From an uncultured Planctomycetaceae bacterium (lineage in GTDB: Bacteria; Planctomycetota; Planctomycetia; Isosphaerales; Isosphaeraceae), in assembly GCA_963833985.1 (NCBI GenBank), contig CAWIAD010000002.1:1472001-1536000 (forward strand): a stretch of 64,000 nucleotides of DNA, given 5' to 3'. Shown piece by piece: positions 47,061 through 56,462 of the stretch. Below the pieces are notes generated by a model that saw only the letters and a list, made by a program, of their open reading frames with translations, was not told the origin of the DNA and did no database searches. Each line of letters opens with the position of its first letter. Within the stretch, counting starts at the first letter, position 1. A program made the translations under genes and the position numbers.

Positions 47061-48446
47061 GTGGCGCGCTGGGACATCTTTCACGCCGACCGCCTGGAGC
47101 TCGTGCGCGAGCAAAGTACGGAGGACATCCGCCAGGCCATGGCGCGGGGCGAACTGCGCGATGACGATCTCGTCCGCCCCGCGGGCACCTCGGTCCCCTG
47201 GGCGCGTATCGCCGACATTCCGGAGCTGCTGGCCCCCCCCGCGGCGCCGCCCGCCACGCCGCCGGAGCAACCCGCTCAGGCGCCTCCGGCCCCGGCCAGG
47301 CCCGTGGCAGAGCGGCTCCCGGACTTCGAGGAGATTCAGCCCGACCTGGAGCAAGCGGTCCCCGAGCCGCCAAGACACAGGCTCACCGAACTGCCCGCCG
47401 CGCCGGGCTCCGACGTCGCCTTTCCCATCATCGACCTTCCCGATCCCGAACCGGCTCTCGAGCCGCCACCGCACCCACTACGGGCTTCGGGACACCCCCC
47501 GGTTCAGCTTCCACCCGCCATTGCAGCACCCGCCTGGGCCTGGGCCGAGGACGATGAGGACGATGAGGATGACGACGAGGACGACGACCTGCGCGTGATC
47601 GAAGCTCAGAGTGATATTGAGATCCTGGCCGAGGACGAGAGCCCGGAGCCGGAGCCGGAGCCGGGTCCGCACGCCGGCCGCAACGTCGTGCCTGGCAAAC
47701 CTCCGGCCGCTCGGCCGGCCGGACCCGCGAGCCACGGCGATCCCCAGCCGGAACATCTCGATCCTGCGGACGCACGCGCAGCGCGCCGCGACTGGGAGCC
47801 CAGCGACCACGATCTCCGCATGGACCAGCGCGGCGAGGGCCGATCAAGCCATCTCGCCCTGCCCGTGGTCCGCTCGCACGATCGCGACGGTAGCGGCGAT
47901 CCCCACGCGGACGAGGAAGCATCCGAGTCCGGGTTCTCGCTCACCCGATCCGCGACTCAGAAGATCGAGGAGCTCGACCTCGCGCCCATGGTGGATGTGG
48001 CCTTTCAGCTTGTGCTCTTCTTCATGGTCACCGCCACCACAGTCCTCTACAAGACGCTGGAGATCCCCAAGCCTTCCGGCGAAACCCCCTCCGGCGCGGT
48101 GGCCCAGGGCCGGTCGCGCACGCTCGACGAGCTCAAGGACGACTTCATCCTGGTCGAGATTGACGACCGCGGGGCCATGAAGCTGGATCGGGAGCCGATC
48201 GAGCCGGTCCGCGAGACCCTGGTCGAGCTGCTGCGCCGCGCCCGCGAGAAGACGGGCCGCAAGACGATGCTGCTCTCCGCCGACTATGGCACCCTGCACC
48301 GCAACGCCGTGCTGGCCTACGACGCGGCCCAGGAAATTGGCCTGGGAATCGCCATCGCCAAGCCGAAGGCCCCCCAGGGCCCCGGCCCCGCACTGGCGCG
48401 GGCCTTCCGCCGGCTGCCAGGTCCGGGTCCTAGGGCGGTTCTCTGA
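47061..48446 (+). CDS. ExbD/TolR protein with an N-terminal GYF_2-like domain and a long Pro-rich/acidic linker
   Basis: N-terminus IRQAMARGELRDDDLVRPAG...W..IADIPEL; EDDEDDEDDDEDDD tract; C-terminal LDLAPMVDVAFQLVLFFMV. Confidence 0.78.
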   Translation: MARWDIFHADRLELVREQSTEDIRQAMARGELRDDDLVRPAGTSVPWARIADIPELLAPPAAPPATPPEQPAQAPPAPARPVAERLPDFEEIQPDLEQAVPEPPRHRLTELPAAPGSDVAFPIIDLPDPEPALEPPPHPLRASGHPPVQLPPAIAAPAWAWAEDDEDDEDDDEDDDLRVIEAQSDIEILAEDESPEPEPEPGPHAGRNVVPGKPPAARPAGPASHGDPQPEHLDPADARAARRDWEPSDHDLRMDQRGEGRSSHLALPVVRSHDRDGSGDPHADEEASESGFSLTRSATQKIEELDLAPMVDVAFQLVLFFMVTATTVLYKTLEIPKPSGETPSGAVAQGRSRTLDELKDDFILVEIDDRGAMKLDREPIEPVRETLVELLRRAREKTGRKTMLLSADYGTLHRNAVLAYDAAQEIGLGIAIAKPKAPQGPGPALARAFRRLPGPGPRAVL

Positions 48447-48560
48447 CGGGTTGCAGGCAGTTCCCGAGTTTTGGAAAGGGGGGGCAGACATTCCTGGCTG
48501 CCGACATTCCTGTCTGCCAGGGCAGGCCCGCTCCGGCAGGCAGGAAGGCCTGCCCCCCGG
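48430..48560 (+). repeat. REP-containing MITE-like element, copy 3
   Basis: CTAGGGCGGTTCTCTGACGGGTTGCAGGCAG...GGGGCAGACATTCCTGGCTGCCGACATTCCTGTCTGCCAGGGCAGGCC...GGAAGGCCTGCCCCCC. It overlaps the stop codon of the upstream ORF. Confidence 0.8.
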
Positions 48561-48719
48561 TCTCGGTCTGCGAGGGAGCGGCGGCTCTCCGACCCGCGCT
48601 CTGCCGGCCATGCCCGCGAGTCTGCCCTGGCTGTGTTTCGTTCACCGCCCTGGTGACCGGCCTCGCCATCGCGCCGCGGCTGCGCTGTGCTCCACGCGCC
48701 TTGCGTCCCGAGCATGGGG

Positions 48720-49363
48720 CCTCGCTCCACCTCAACAGGGGCGACGGCCAATTTGAAGACCGCTCGGAGAACAGAGGGCTGGTCGAGCAGGTATACGCCC
48801 TGAACGTGGCGCGCGGAGACTATGACAATGATGGCCGGCCCGACGTGCTGTTCTTGCGGGGAGTGCTTGCCCGCGCTGGACCCCAGGACCGGACAGCCGT
48901 CGCCGGGCGAACCCGATCCGCGCAATCACTGCCGCCTTTACCACAACCGCGGCGACGGCAAGTTCGAGGATGCCGCGGAATCCGCCAGTATCTCCGGGAC
49001 CCTGGTCACGGAAGGCACTGGCTGAAGGTGAAACTCGTGGGCACGCGCTCCAACCGGTCGGCTCTGGGCGCACGCATCCGGGCCGATCTGGTGGGGCCAG
49101 AGGGCGCCTCGCGGTCGATCCACCGGATGATCGGCAGCAACGGCAGCTTCGGCGGCAACACGCTCGTCGAGACCATCGGCCTGCGCGAAGCGGCCTCCGT
49201 GGCGCGTCTGACCGTCCACTGGCCGGACAGCGGAACGTCTCAGACATTCGAGAACCTCGCCGCCGACCAGTTCATCGAGATCCGCGAGAGCGGCGCGTCC
49301 CCCCGGACACTCCATCCGCAACCAGACCCCGCTGGCCCGGAGCCTGCCGTGCCTCCAGGGTGA
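48720..49363 (+). pseudogene. CRTAC1/ASPIC-UnbV family remnant
   Basis: FG-GAP-type pieces (LHLNRGDGQFED, GDYDNDGRPDV, and LYHNRGDGKFED in another frame) abut an ASPIC domain (HWLKVKLVGTRSNRSALGARI...LTVHWPDSG). There is no credible start or signal peptide. Confidence 0.7.
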
Positions 49364-50072
49364 CGCCGCAGCTCGAGTGCTGGTTCATGATCCATTGCGC
49401 CACCTTCGCGGCCAGGCTGCTGTCCAGGTAACCCCGGCGGCGGCTTGCCTCCACGTCGGTGACGCGCTCCAGGTAATGGAGCCAGTTCGGGTCAAACTCG
49501 TATCCGGCCGCCAGCAGCCGCGCCAGGTGCTCGCGACGCCGCTCCAGTTCACCGGGGCTTACCGGCACATAGCACGCCGGCAACTCGATCAGGAACTTGC
49601 CGGGCCGACCGTCCGGATCGATGTTGCGCCAGGTGCCAATCTCGTACGACCGCTCAAGGACCGGGCCGATGGTGCCGATCTCGTATTCGCTGACCGGCCT
49701 GGCCGGCTCGATGCCCAGCATCGGGTGCGTGTCCTCGGCGTTGTGAAACTCGAAAGCCAGTGCTCCGGGATAACGCCGCCGAAGCTCCAGGTCGAGCGCA
49801 TCCAGATCCATGTCGAGACGCCGCATACCCGCCGGCAGCGAGTAGACCGGCAACGCGGCCGCGGGATCGTCCAGGAGAGCCAGGAGCGTGTGCGCGAAAG
49901 GGATCTCGACCAGGCATACCCCGAACGCGCCCTGGCGCAGCATCCGGTAGACTTCGCGCGCGAGCAGCGGGGCGCAGCGCTCGTTCGCGTGCAGCCCGCT
50001 GATCAGCAGGATATCGACCGAGGGGCAAGCTTTCACGCTCCTGAGCCCCGAGCCATTCGATAGGGCAAACAA
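49272..50072 (-). CDS. Hypothetical protein, possibly M14/AstE-like zinc hydrolase fold
   Basis: LLISGLHANE resembles the HxxE zinc motif; AFEFHN; coding-like composition. Start uncertain (GTG near 50037). Confidence 0.45.
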   Translation of the reverse strand: MFALSNGSGLRSVKACPSVDILLISGLHANERCAPLLAREVYRMLRQGAFGVCLVEIPFAHTLLALLDDPAAALPVYSLPAGMRRLDMDLDALDLELRRRYPGALAFEFHNAEDTHPMLGIEPARPVSEYEIGTIGPVLERSYEIGTWRNIDPDGRPGKFLIELPACYVPVSPGELERRREHLARLLAAGYEFDPNWLHYLERVTDVEASRRRGYLDSSLAAKVAQWIMNQHSSCGVTLEARQAPGQRGLVADGVSGGTRRSRGSR

Positions 50073-50217
50073 GCGATGATCCAGACATTCTCGCAGTGCT
50101 CACACAGCCGGAACAGTGGCGTGAGTAGCAATGAAGACAGAAGAGGACAGGCAACGCAGGCTTGCCCTGGCCAGACCGATCTGGTAGATTGTGCGGATCT
50201 TGCTGGGAGGTCCGTGC

Positions 50218-51270
50218 ATGACGATTGCCCGTGCGCATCTGGTGGATCCATCGGTTACTCGCTGGTATCACTGCATCACGCGGTGCGTGCGGCGGGCGTT
50301 TCTGCTGGGGGAGGGCGGGATCGACCGCAAGGAATGGATCGAACGGCGCTTGCAGGAACTTGCGGAGATCTTCTCCGTGGCGGTGGGCGGGTTCGCCATC
50401 CTCGATAACCATCTGCATCTGCTGGTGCGGCTCGACCCCGATGTGGCGGCGGGGTGGGCGGATGAGGACATCGTGCGGCGCTGGGGGAGGCTTTTTCCGC
50501 CCCGCGACAAGGCTCGAAAGGCACTGCCGGTCTCGGAGGCTTGGGTCAAGGAACGGCTGAAAGACGTGAAGTGGGTGGCCACCGCACGCCAGCGGTTACA
50601 GAGCCTGAGCTGGTTCATGAAGTGCCTGAAGGAGCCGCTGTCACGGATGGCCAACCGCGAGGACGACACGCGCGGGGCGTTCTTCGAGGGGCGGTTCAAA
50701 AGCGTGGCGATCCTCGATGAGGAATCACTGCTGGCGACGTGTGCCTACATCGATCTGAACCCGGTGGCGGCGGGCATCGCTGAGGTGCCCGAGGCGAGCG
50801 CCCACACGTCGATCAAGGAACGCGTCGAGCATGTCCGGGACCAGGGTCGAGCCGAGGACCTGAAGGCCGCCGAGGCCGGCAGCGTGGCGGGGTCGCAGGC
50901 GGCGGAGGGGCTGGAGGAGGGGCTGTGGCTGTGCCCGATCGAGGACCGACGGGGGCTTGACTCGGACTCGGACTCCGGTCGCGGTCGCGAAGGGATGGTC
51001 GAGGGGTTCTCGCTGGGCAGCTATCTGCTGCTGGTAGAGTACACCGGGCGGCTGTATCGCGAGGGGAAGGCGGCGATCTCGACCGAACTGACCGGGATCC
51101 TGGAGCGGCTGGGGAGCAATGCCGAGAGCTGGCAGGCGCGGCTGCTGAAGCTGGCCGGGGGCCGGCTGCTGGGGCGGTTCTTCGCGGCGAGCCGGGAGCG
51201 GCTGAGGGAGATTGCGGGGCGGCTGGGGCGGCATCATCTGGCGAACCTGGGCGGGTGCGAGGTGAGGTGA
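50218..51270 (+). mobile_element. Y1 HUH transposase (IS200/IS605 superfamily, RAYT-like, long form)
   Basis: WYHCITRCVRRAFL, NHLHLLV (HUH), FFEGRFKS, YIDLNPV (catalytic Tyr); GGGAGG RBS. Short hairpins upstream (GGCAA..TTGCC, CCAGA..TCTGG). No tnpB. Confidence 0.85.
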
Positions 51271-51310
51271 TGAGCGTGATGCGGCGCGGTGCTGGTCGGG
51301 CTCACGCCCG

Positions 51311-51590
51311 AGGTTGGGGGCTGCGCCCGTGAAAACCACGTGCTGACGCAGGTGGCCATGCGCCGCGGACGCCAGGGCGCACGCGCAGGTGGCCATGCGC
51401 CGCGGACGCCAGGGCGCACGCGCACGTGGCATTCCGGCCCGCACCCCGGAGTGCGGGCGTCCGAGGCCATCCGCCACCTGCACCAGGGTGCTCACTCACT
51501 TCGGGGTGATCGGGCAGGTGGCTGTCCGGCGCGGACTTCGGGGTGATCGGGCAGGTGGCTACGCGGTCTGGCCTGGCGGGTGCGCCAGTG
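51311..51590 (+). repeat. Degenerate 37-bp-period tandem array
   Basis: GCAGGTGGC-anchored units at 51348 and 51385 (identical pair), 51422 and 51459 (degenerate), and 51514 and 51551. Confidence 0.75.
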
Positions 51591-51921
51591 GCAAGAGGCC
51601 CGGTGTTGGCGGGAGGAGGTCCATCGGCGGCGAATTCGCACGATCGCCGGCATTTCCGCCGTAGACTGAGTAGGACGGGAGAGCCTGCGATGGCATCCCG
51701 GATTGGCCTTGGCAGGCAAGGAGAGCGTGCCCTGCGGAACCAGGCCGCGGGTGCTCTGGCAGGCCGCGTACGCATCGGCCCGCAGGCAGAGCGTGCCCTA
51801 CGGCTCTTTGACAATGCGGTGGATGGATTGGACCAGCGCCGGGCCGGCGGCGCACGGCTCCCCTCGTTGACCAGGCGGTTGAGGCGGTCCGCAGGAGTTT
51901 TACAGCGCACAAGTCGGGGAT

Positions 51922-52366
51922 CGAACCCAATCGAAAATGCAAACTTAAAGCCTTTATGCGAAATGATTAAGGTCCGATGGCTTCGCCTGAGTGGGCCCAG
52001 GAACGAACCCAAAATGGACCCGTCGCGGGGCAGTGATGCGGCTGGGAGGTCGAGCCAGAGGAACGGCGCGGCCGCTCCAACCGGCGCGGCCGTACCAAAC
52101 CGGCGCGGCCCTTCCTGCCGGCGCAGCGCTCCAGGGCCGTGGGACGGCTCCATGGAGTCAGCGATGTCCCGCCCTTCCAGCACGTTGCCAGGGTCTTCCG
52201 CAGACGACGCAGCGCTTCGCCGAAGCATCCCCACCCGGAGCGCAAGGATGAGTTCCGCATGCACAGGTCATGGAACGAAGCCAACGGGAAATACAAACCT
52301 AAATGACATCTGTGCAAGGAGTAACGTCCGATGGCTTCGCCTGGGCGGGCCCGGGAACGAACCCAA
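51922..52366 (+). repeat. Two ungapped 91-bp imperfect direct repeats (51922-52012 and 52276-52366)
   Basis: Both are bounded by CGAASCCAA, share GTCCGATGGCTTCGCCTG...GGGCCC.GGAACGAACCCAA, and have an AT-rich core. Confidence 0.8.
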
Positions 52367-52823
52367 TTCTGAGAGGACACCGGCCGTGCACGGTGTGACG
52401 ACACCGGACGACCCGAGCGGAAGCAGGGCGGTTTGCCGGCCGAGTGGCTGGGTGGCTCCCGCTGGCGTGCACCGGATGCGGCTCGAAGTTTCCCGAGCGG
52501 GCGTCGAGCAGGCGTGGAATGCACGCGGTGATAGGCCGTCCAGGCCCGGCATTCGCCGCGGTACGAGGTGCCATCGATGGGACTTCCGGAGGATTGCGCC
52601 GGACTTCGTCCGCGTGTTCGGCGGGGTCCGTGCACTCGGCCTGGTGCTCACGCCGGAATGGCTGGACCTGCCGCGACGCGGAACATCGCGAGGACCTGAC
52701 CGAGGCAGCCGCCGGAGGGCGGGGTCCTACTCCGTTGAGTGCGCGGCGCGGCGGTCCCATAATGATGCGGTAACCAACTGGCGGATCATCCGACAACCCG
52801 GACCTCGACCGTTCATTTCAAGC

Positions 52824-53804
52824 ATGAAGATATCATTGCCTAAGAAGTTTTGCCGCGCCGCAGCGATTGTACTGGTCGCCCTGTCCGGCTGCGGGGATGG
52901 AGCGCAACCGGGTTCGGCGGCGGGGACGCCAGGGTCGAAGCCTGGAGGCTCGGGCCGGCTCTTCGGGTTCACGGCCCAGACGATGAACAACCCGTTCTTC
53001 ATCGACCTGGAGCAGGGGCTCAAGAAAGGGGTCGAGGCGCACGGCGACCGGCTTGTCACGCTCGATGCCCAGTTCAACAGCCTGAAGCAGAAGAACGACA
53101 TCTCCGATCTGCTTCAGCAGCAGCCCACGGCGCTCTTCGTCAACCCGGTGAACTGGGAAGGGGTGCGCGGTAGCCTGATCGAGGCGAGGCGGAAGAAGGT
53201 GCCGGTGATCATCGTGGATGCACCCGTGAGCGATCCAGAGCTGGTGTTCTGCCAGGTGGCTTCGGACAACATCGAGGCCGGCCGGCTGGCGGCCGAGGCG
53301 CTCGCGAAGGTCAACCCCAGGGCCCACATGGTGATCCTGCACCACTCGATCAACAAGGCCTGTATCGACCGGGTCGACGGGTTCAAGCAGGTCGTCGCCC
53401 AGCACCCGGAGATGGCCATCCTGGACACCCAGGAGGTCACGGGGACCGTGGAGACCGGGCGGCCCGTGATGCGCGACCTGCTGGGCCGGTTCCCGGACCT
53501 GGACGCCGCGTTCACGATCAACGACCCCAGCGCCCTGGGTGCGATCTCGGCGATCGAGTCGGCCGGCAAGCTCGGCAAGGTGACCGTCGTCACCGTGGAT
53601 GGCTCGCGGGAGGCGGCCGCGGCCATCAAGGCCGGCAAGCTGCATTCCACCTCGGCGCAGTTTCCCAGGCAGATCGGCCAGGTAGCGGCCGAAACGATGT
53701 ATGAATACCTGGATGGCAAGCCCGTGCCCAAGGACATCAAGATTCCCGTCCGGCTGATCACGCGCGAGAATGCCGACGAGTTCCTTCAAACCCAGAGCCC
53801 GTGA
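52824..53804 (+). CDS. Sugar ABC transporter substrate-binding lipoprotein (RbsB-like)
   Basis: Lipobox LSGC; MNNPFF, ASDNIEAG, NDPSALGA, VDGS, AQFP. Confidence 0.88.
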   Translation: MKISLPKKFCRAAAIVLVALSGCGDGAQPGSAAGTPGSKPGGSGRLFGFTAQTMNNPFFIDLEQGLKKGVEAHGDRLVTLDAQFNSLKQKNDISDLLQQQPTALFVNPVNWEGVRGSLIEARRKKVPVIIVDAPVSDPELVFCQVASDNIEAGRLAAEALAKVNPRAHMVILHHSINKACIDRVDGFKQVVAQHPEMAILDTQEVTGTVETGRPVMRDLLGRFPDLDAAFTINDPSALGAISAIESAGKLGKVTVVTVDGSREAAAAIKAGKLHSTSAQFPRQIGQVAAETMYEYLDGKPVPKDIKIPVRLITRENADEFLQTQSP

Positions 53805-53808
53805 GTCC

Positions 53809-55314
53809 ATGTCCCAGGGTGGTACCGGCGCCGGCATGCTCCTCGTGCTGCGCGGATTGACGAAACAGTTCGGCGGCGTGCGAGCGCTTGGCGGCGTCGA
53901 TTTCACGCTTCGCGGCGGTGAGATCCACGCCCTCCTGGGTGAGAATGGCGCGGGCAAGTCGACGCTCATCAACATCCTCGCCGGGCTGGTGCGGCCGGAT
54001 TCCGGGACGATCGAGCTGGACGGCACGCCGGTGGAGATTCGCCGGGTTGCCGATGCCGAGCGGCTGGGCATCCGTGTCATTCATCAGGAGCACTCGTTGG
54101 CTCCCAATTTGTCGGTGGCCGAGAACCTCTGCCTCGGCCGCGAGCCCGTCCGGTTCGGCCTGCTGGACCGGCGGCGCCTGCTTGCCGAGGCGCAGGGGCT
54201 GATCGACCGGCTCGGCCTGCCGGAGATCGGATCGCCCGCCGACCTGGTGGAATCGCTGAGCACGGCGCGCCGGCAGATGGTGGAGATTGCCCGTGCGCTG
54301 GGCGTGCGTTCGCGCATCCTCATCCTGGACGAGCCGACGTCCTCGCTCTCGGACGTGGAAACCGCGGCGCTCTTCCGCACGCTCCGCCGGCTCCGCGACC
54401 AGGGAGTGGGCATCATCTACATCTCGCACCGGCTCGAGGAGGTGCGGCAGCTTGCCGATCGCATCACCGTGCTCCGGGACGGCAAGAACGCCGGCAGCCA
54501 GACAGGAGGCGAGATGGATGCGCGTACCCTGGTGCGGTGGATGGTGGGCCGCGACATCCGCGAGCATTTTCCACGCCCGCCCTGGAACCCGGGAGCCACG
54601 GTCCTGGAAGTGCGCCGGCTGTGCAATGCGCGGGTGCGGGATGTGAGCTTCACGCTCCGCGAGGGCGAGGTGCTCGGTTTCGCCGGGCTCATCGGCGCGG
54701 GGCGGACCGAGCTGGCGCGGGCCCTGTTCGGGATCGATCCGATTGACTCCGGCGAGATCCTGGTCGCGGGGCAGCCCGTGACGATCCGCTCGCCGGCGGA
54801 CGCGCGCGGGGCCGGAATGGTCCTGGTGCCCGAGGATCGCCAGCGTCAGGGGCTGGTGATGACCGGTTCCGTCGCGTATAACCTGGCCTTGCCCTGGACG
54901 CGCGACTGGATTCACGGGGTGCGGCCGGACCGCCAGCGGAGGTCCGCGATCGTGGCTCGGGCGATCCGCGGCTTTTCGATCAGGGTCGCGGATCCGGAGA
55001 GTGGGATCGGCAGCCTCTCCGGCGGCAACCAGCAAAAGGTCGTGGTGGGCCGGTGGATGGAACGCCCGCCACGGATCTTGATCCTGGACGAGCCGACGCG
55101 CGGGGTTGACGTGGGTGCGCGCGAGGAGATGTACACCATCCTCGGCGGCCTGGTGGCCCGCGGCATGGCGGTGATCCTGATCTCTTCCGACCTGCCCGAG
55201 GTGATGGGGCTGTCGCACCGTCTTGCGGTGTACCGGGAAGGATGCATCGCTCGCGAGCTGGTTGCCTCGGAGGCGACAGCCGAGGATGTCATGGCCGAGC
55301 TTACGCGAAGCTGA
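53809..55314 (+). CDS. Sugar ABC transporter ATP-binding protein (RbsA-like)
   Basis: GENGAGKST, LDEPTSSL, YISHRL, PEDR, LSGGNQQK, DEPTRGVDVG. Confidence 0.92.
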   Translation: MSQGGTGAGMLLVLRGLTKQFGGVRALGGVDFTLRGGEIHALLGENGAGKSTLINILAGLVRPDSGTIELDGTPVEIRRVADAERLGIRVIHQEHSLAPNLSVAENLCLGREPVRFGLLDRRRLLAEAQGLIDRLGLPEIGSPADLVESLSTARRQMVEIARALGVRSRILILDEPTSSLSDVETAALFRTLRRLRDQGVGIIYISHRLEEVRQLADRITVLRDGKNAGSQTGGEMDARTLVRWMVGRDIREHFPRPPWNPGATVLEVRRLCNARVRDVSFTLREGEVLGFAGLIGAGRTELARALFGIDPIDSGEILVAGQPVTIRSPADARGAGMVLVPEDRQRQGLVMTGSVAYNLALPWTRDWIHGVRPDRQRRSAIVARAIRGFSIRVADPESGIGSLSGGNQQKVVVGRWMERPPRILILDEPTRGVDVGAREEMYTILGGLVARGMAVILISSDLPEVMGLSHRLAVYREGCIARELVASEATAEDVMAELTRS

Positions 55315-55320
55315 GACCTC

Positions 55321-56292
55321 ATGAGAACCGTGAAGCAGACCGCCCCCCTGCTGGCCGCCATCCTGGTGCTTCTGGCTGCCTTCCGGATCTGGGTGCCACG
55401 GTTCCTGGCTGTGGACAACCTGCTCGACCTGGCCCAGCAGATCTCGATCAACGCCGTGCTCGCCTTCGGCATGACGCTGGTGATCCTGATCGGCGGCATC
55501 GATCTTTCGGTGGGCGCCGTGGTGGCACTGATCGGTACGCTCACGGTCTGGCTGCTTCCCCACGTTGGGCTGGCCGGCGCCGTGGCGGCGGGTTTGGCGG
55601 CCGCCATGCTCTTCGGGGCCTTCAACGGCGCCTGTGCAGCGCTCACGGCCATGCCGCCGTTCATCATCACGCTGGCCACCATGCTCATTGCGCGGGGCCT
55701 TGCCTTGCGGTTCAACGAGGGCCGGCCCATTGCCGTGCCGGCCGGCCAGGATGCCTTCCTGGCGCTGGGCAACGCGCGCGTGCGGGACGCCTTGCCCGTG
55801 CCGGTGCTGGTGATGCTGATGGTCTTCGTGGTCATGGCCGTGCTGCTGCACCGCACCCGGTTCGGCCAGCACCTCTATGCGATTGGCGGCAACCGCGAGG
55901 CGGCCCGTTACACGGGCATTCCCATCGCCCGCAACGAGGTCGCGGTGTACGTCGCGTGCTCGCTGCTGGCGGGCCTGGCCGGCATGATCCATGCCTCGCA
56001 GCTCTACTCGGCGGAGCCCGGCTCGGGCCAGAACTTCGAGCTCATCGCCATCGCCGCGGTGGTGGTCGGGGGAACCAGCTTCGCCGGCGGCGTGGGGACG
56101 ATGCCGGGAACGTTCCTGGGAGCCATCATCATCGGCATTCTCGACAAGGGGCTGAACCAGGCCGGCGTCCACTTCTCGCTCCAGTACGTCTTCCGGGGCG
56201 TCGTCATCCTCGCCGCCGTGTACCTCGACGTACAGCGCAGGCGGCCGGGCCGGGGACGATGGAAAAGGAGCAAAGCTCACGCCGGCAAGTGA
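55321..56292 (+). CDS. Sugar ABC transporter permease (RbsC-like)
   Basis: GGIDLSVG, PPFIITL, YAIGGNREAA, ELIAIAAVVVGGTS. Confidence 0.92.
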   Translation: MRTVKQTAPLLAAILVLLAAFRIWVPRFLAVDNLLDLAQQISINAVLAFGMTLVILIGGIDLSVGAVVALIGTLTVWLLPHVGLAGAVAAGLAAAMLFGAFNGACAALTAMPPFIITLATMLIARGLALRFNEGRPIAVPAGQDAFLALGNARVRDALPVPVLVMLMVFVVMAVLLHRTRFGQHLYAIGGNREAARYTGIPIARNEVAVYVACSLLAGLAGMIHASQLYSAEPGSGQNFELIAIAAVVVGGTSFAGGVGTMPGTFLGAIIIGILDKGLNQAGVHFSLQYVFRGVVILAAVYLDVQRRRPGRGRWKRSKAHAGK

Positions 56293-56462
56293 GCACACGC
56301 AGACGACCCGCGGTACCGACGCCAAAGGTGAAACCTGACCTGAGACTGAGACGCGGATCAAGAAGAGGCAAGGGATGCTCGGTTTCACCGTGGACCCACC
56401 TACCTCGAACGAGGCTGTGCCGGTAGCATACTTTCGGAGACCACCTCGTGCGGAGCAACGCG

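Noticed and set aside
47547..47662. Short tandem repeats GAGGACGAT and GAGCCG
   Set aside because: In-frame codon repeats for the acidic and EP linkers, not separate elements.
51311..51590. CRISPR array
   Set aside because: The period is only 37 bp in total, whole units are homologous with no unique spacers, and there are no cas genes in the window.
51543..52823. 427-aa N-terminal extension of the sugar-binding protein (753-aa ORF)
   Set aside because: It is Arg-rich read-through across repeats; the lipoprotein signal begins at 52824.
53758..56388. Long antisense ORFs (876 aa here; also 25353..27143, 40325..42205, 14992..16551, 9564..11072)
   Set aside because: They are shadow ORFs opposite well-supported genes, expected in high-GC DNA.
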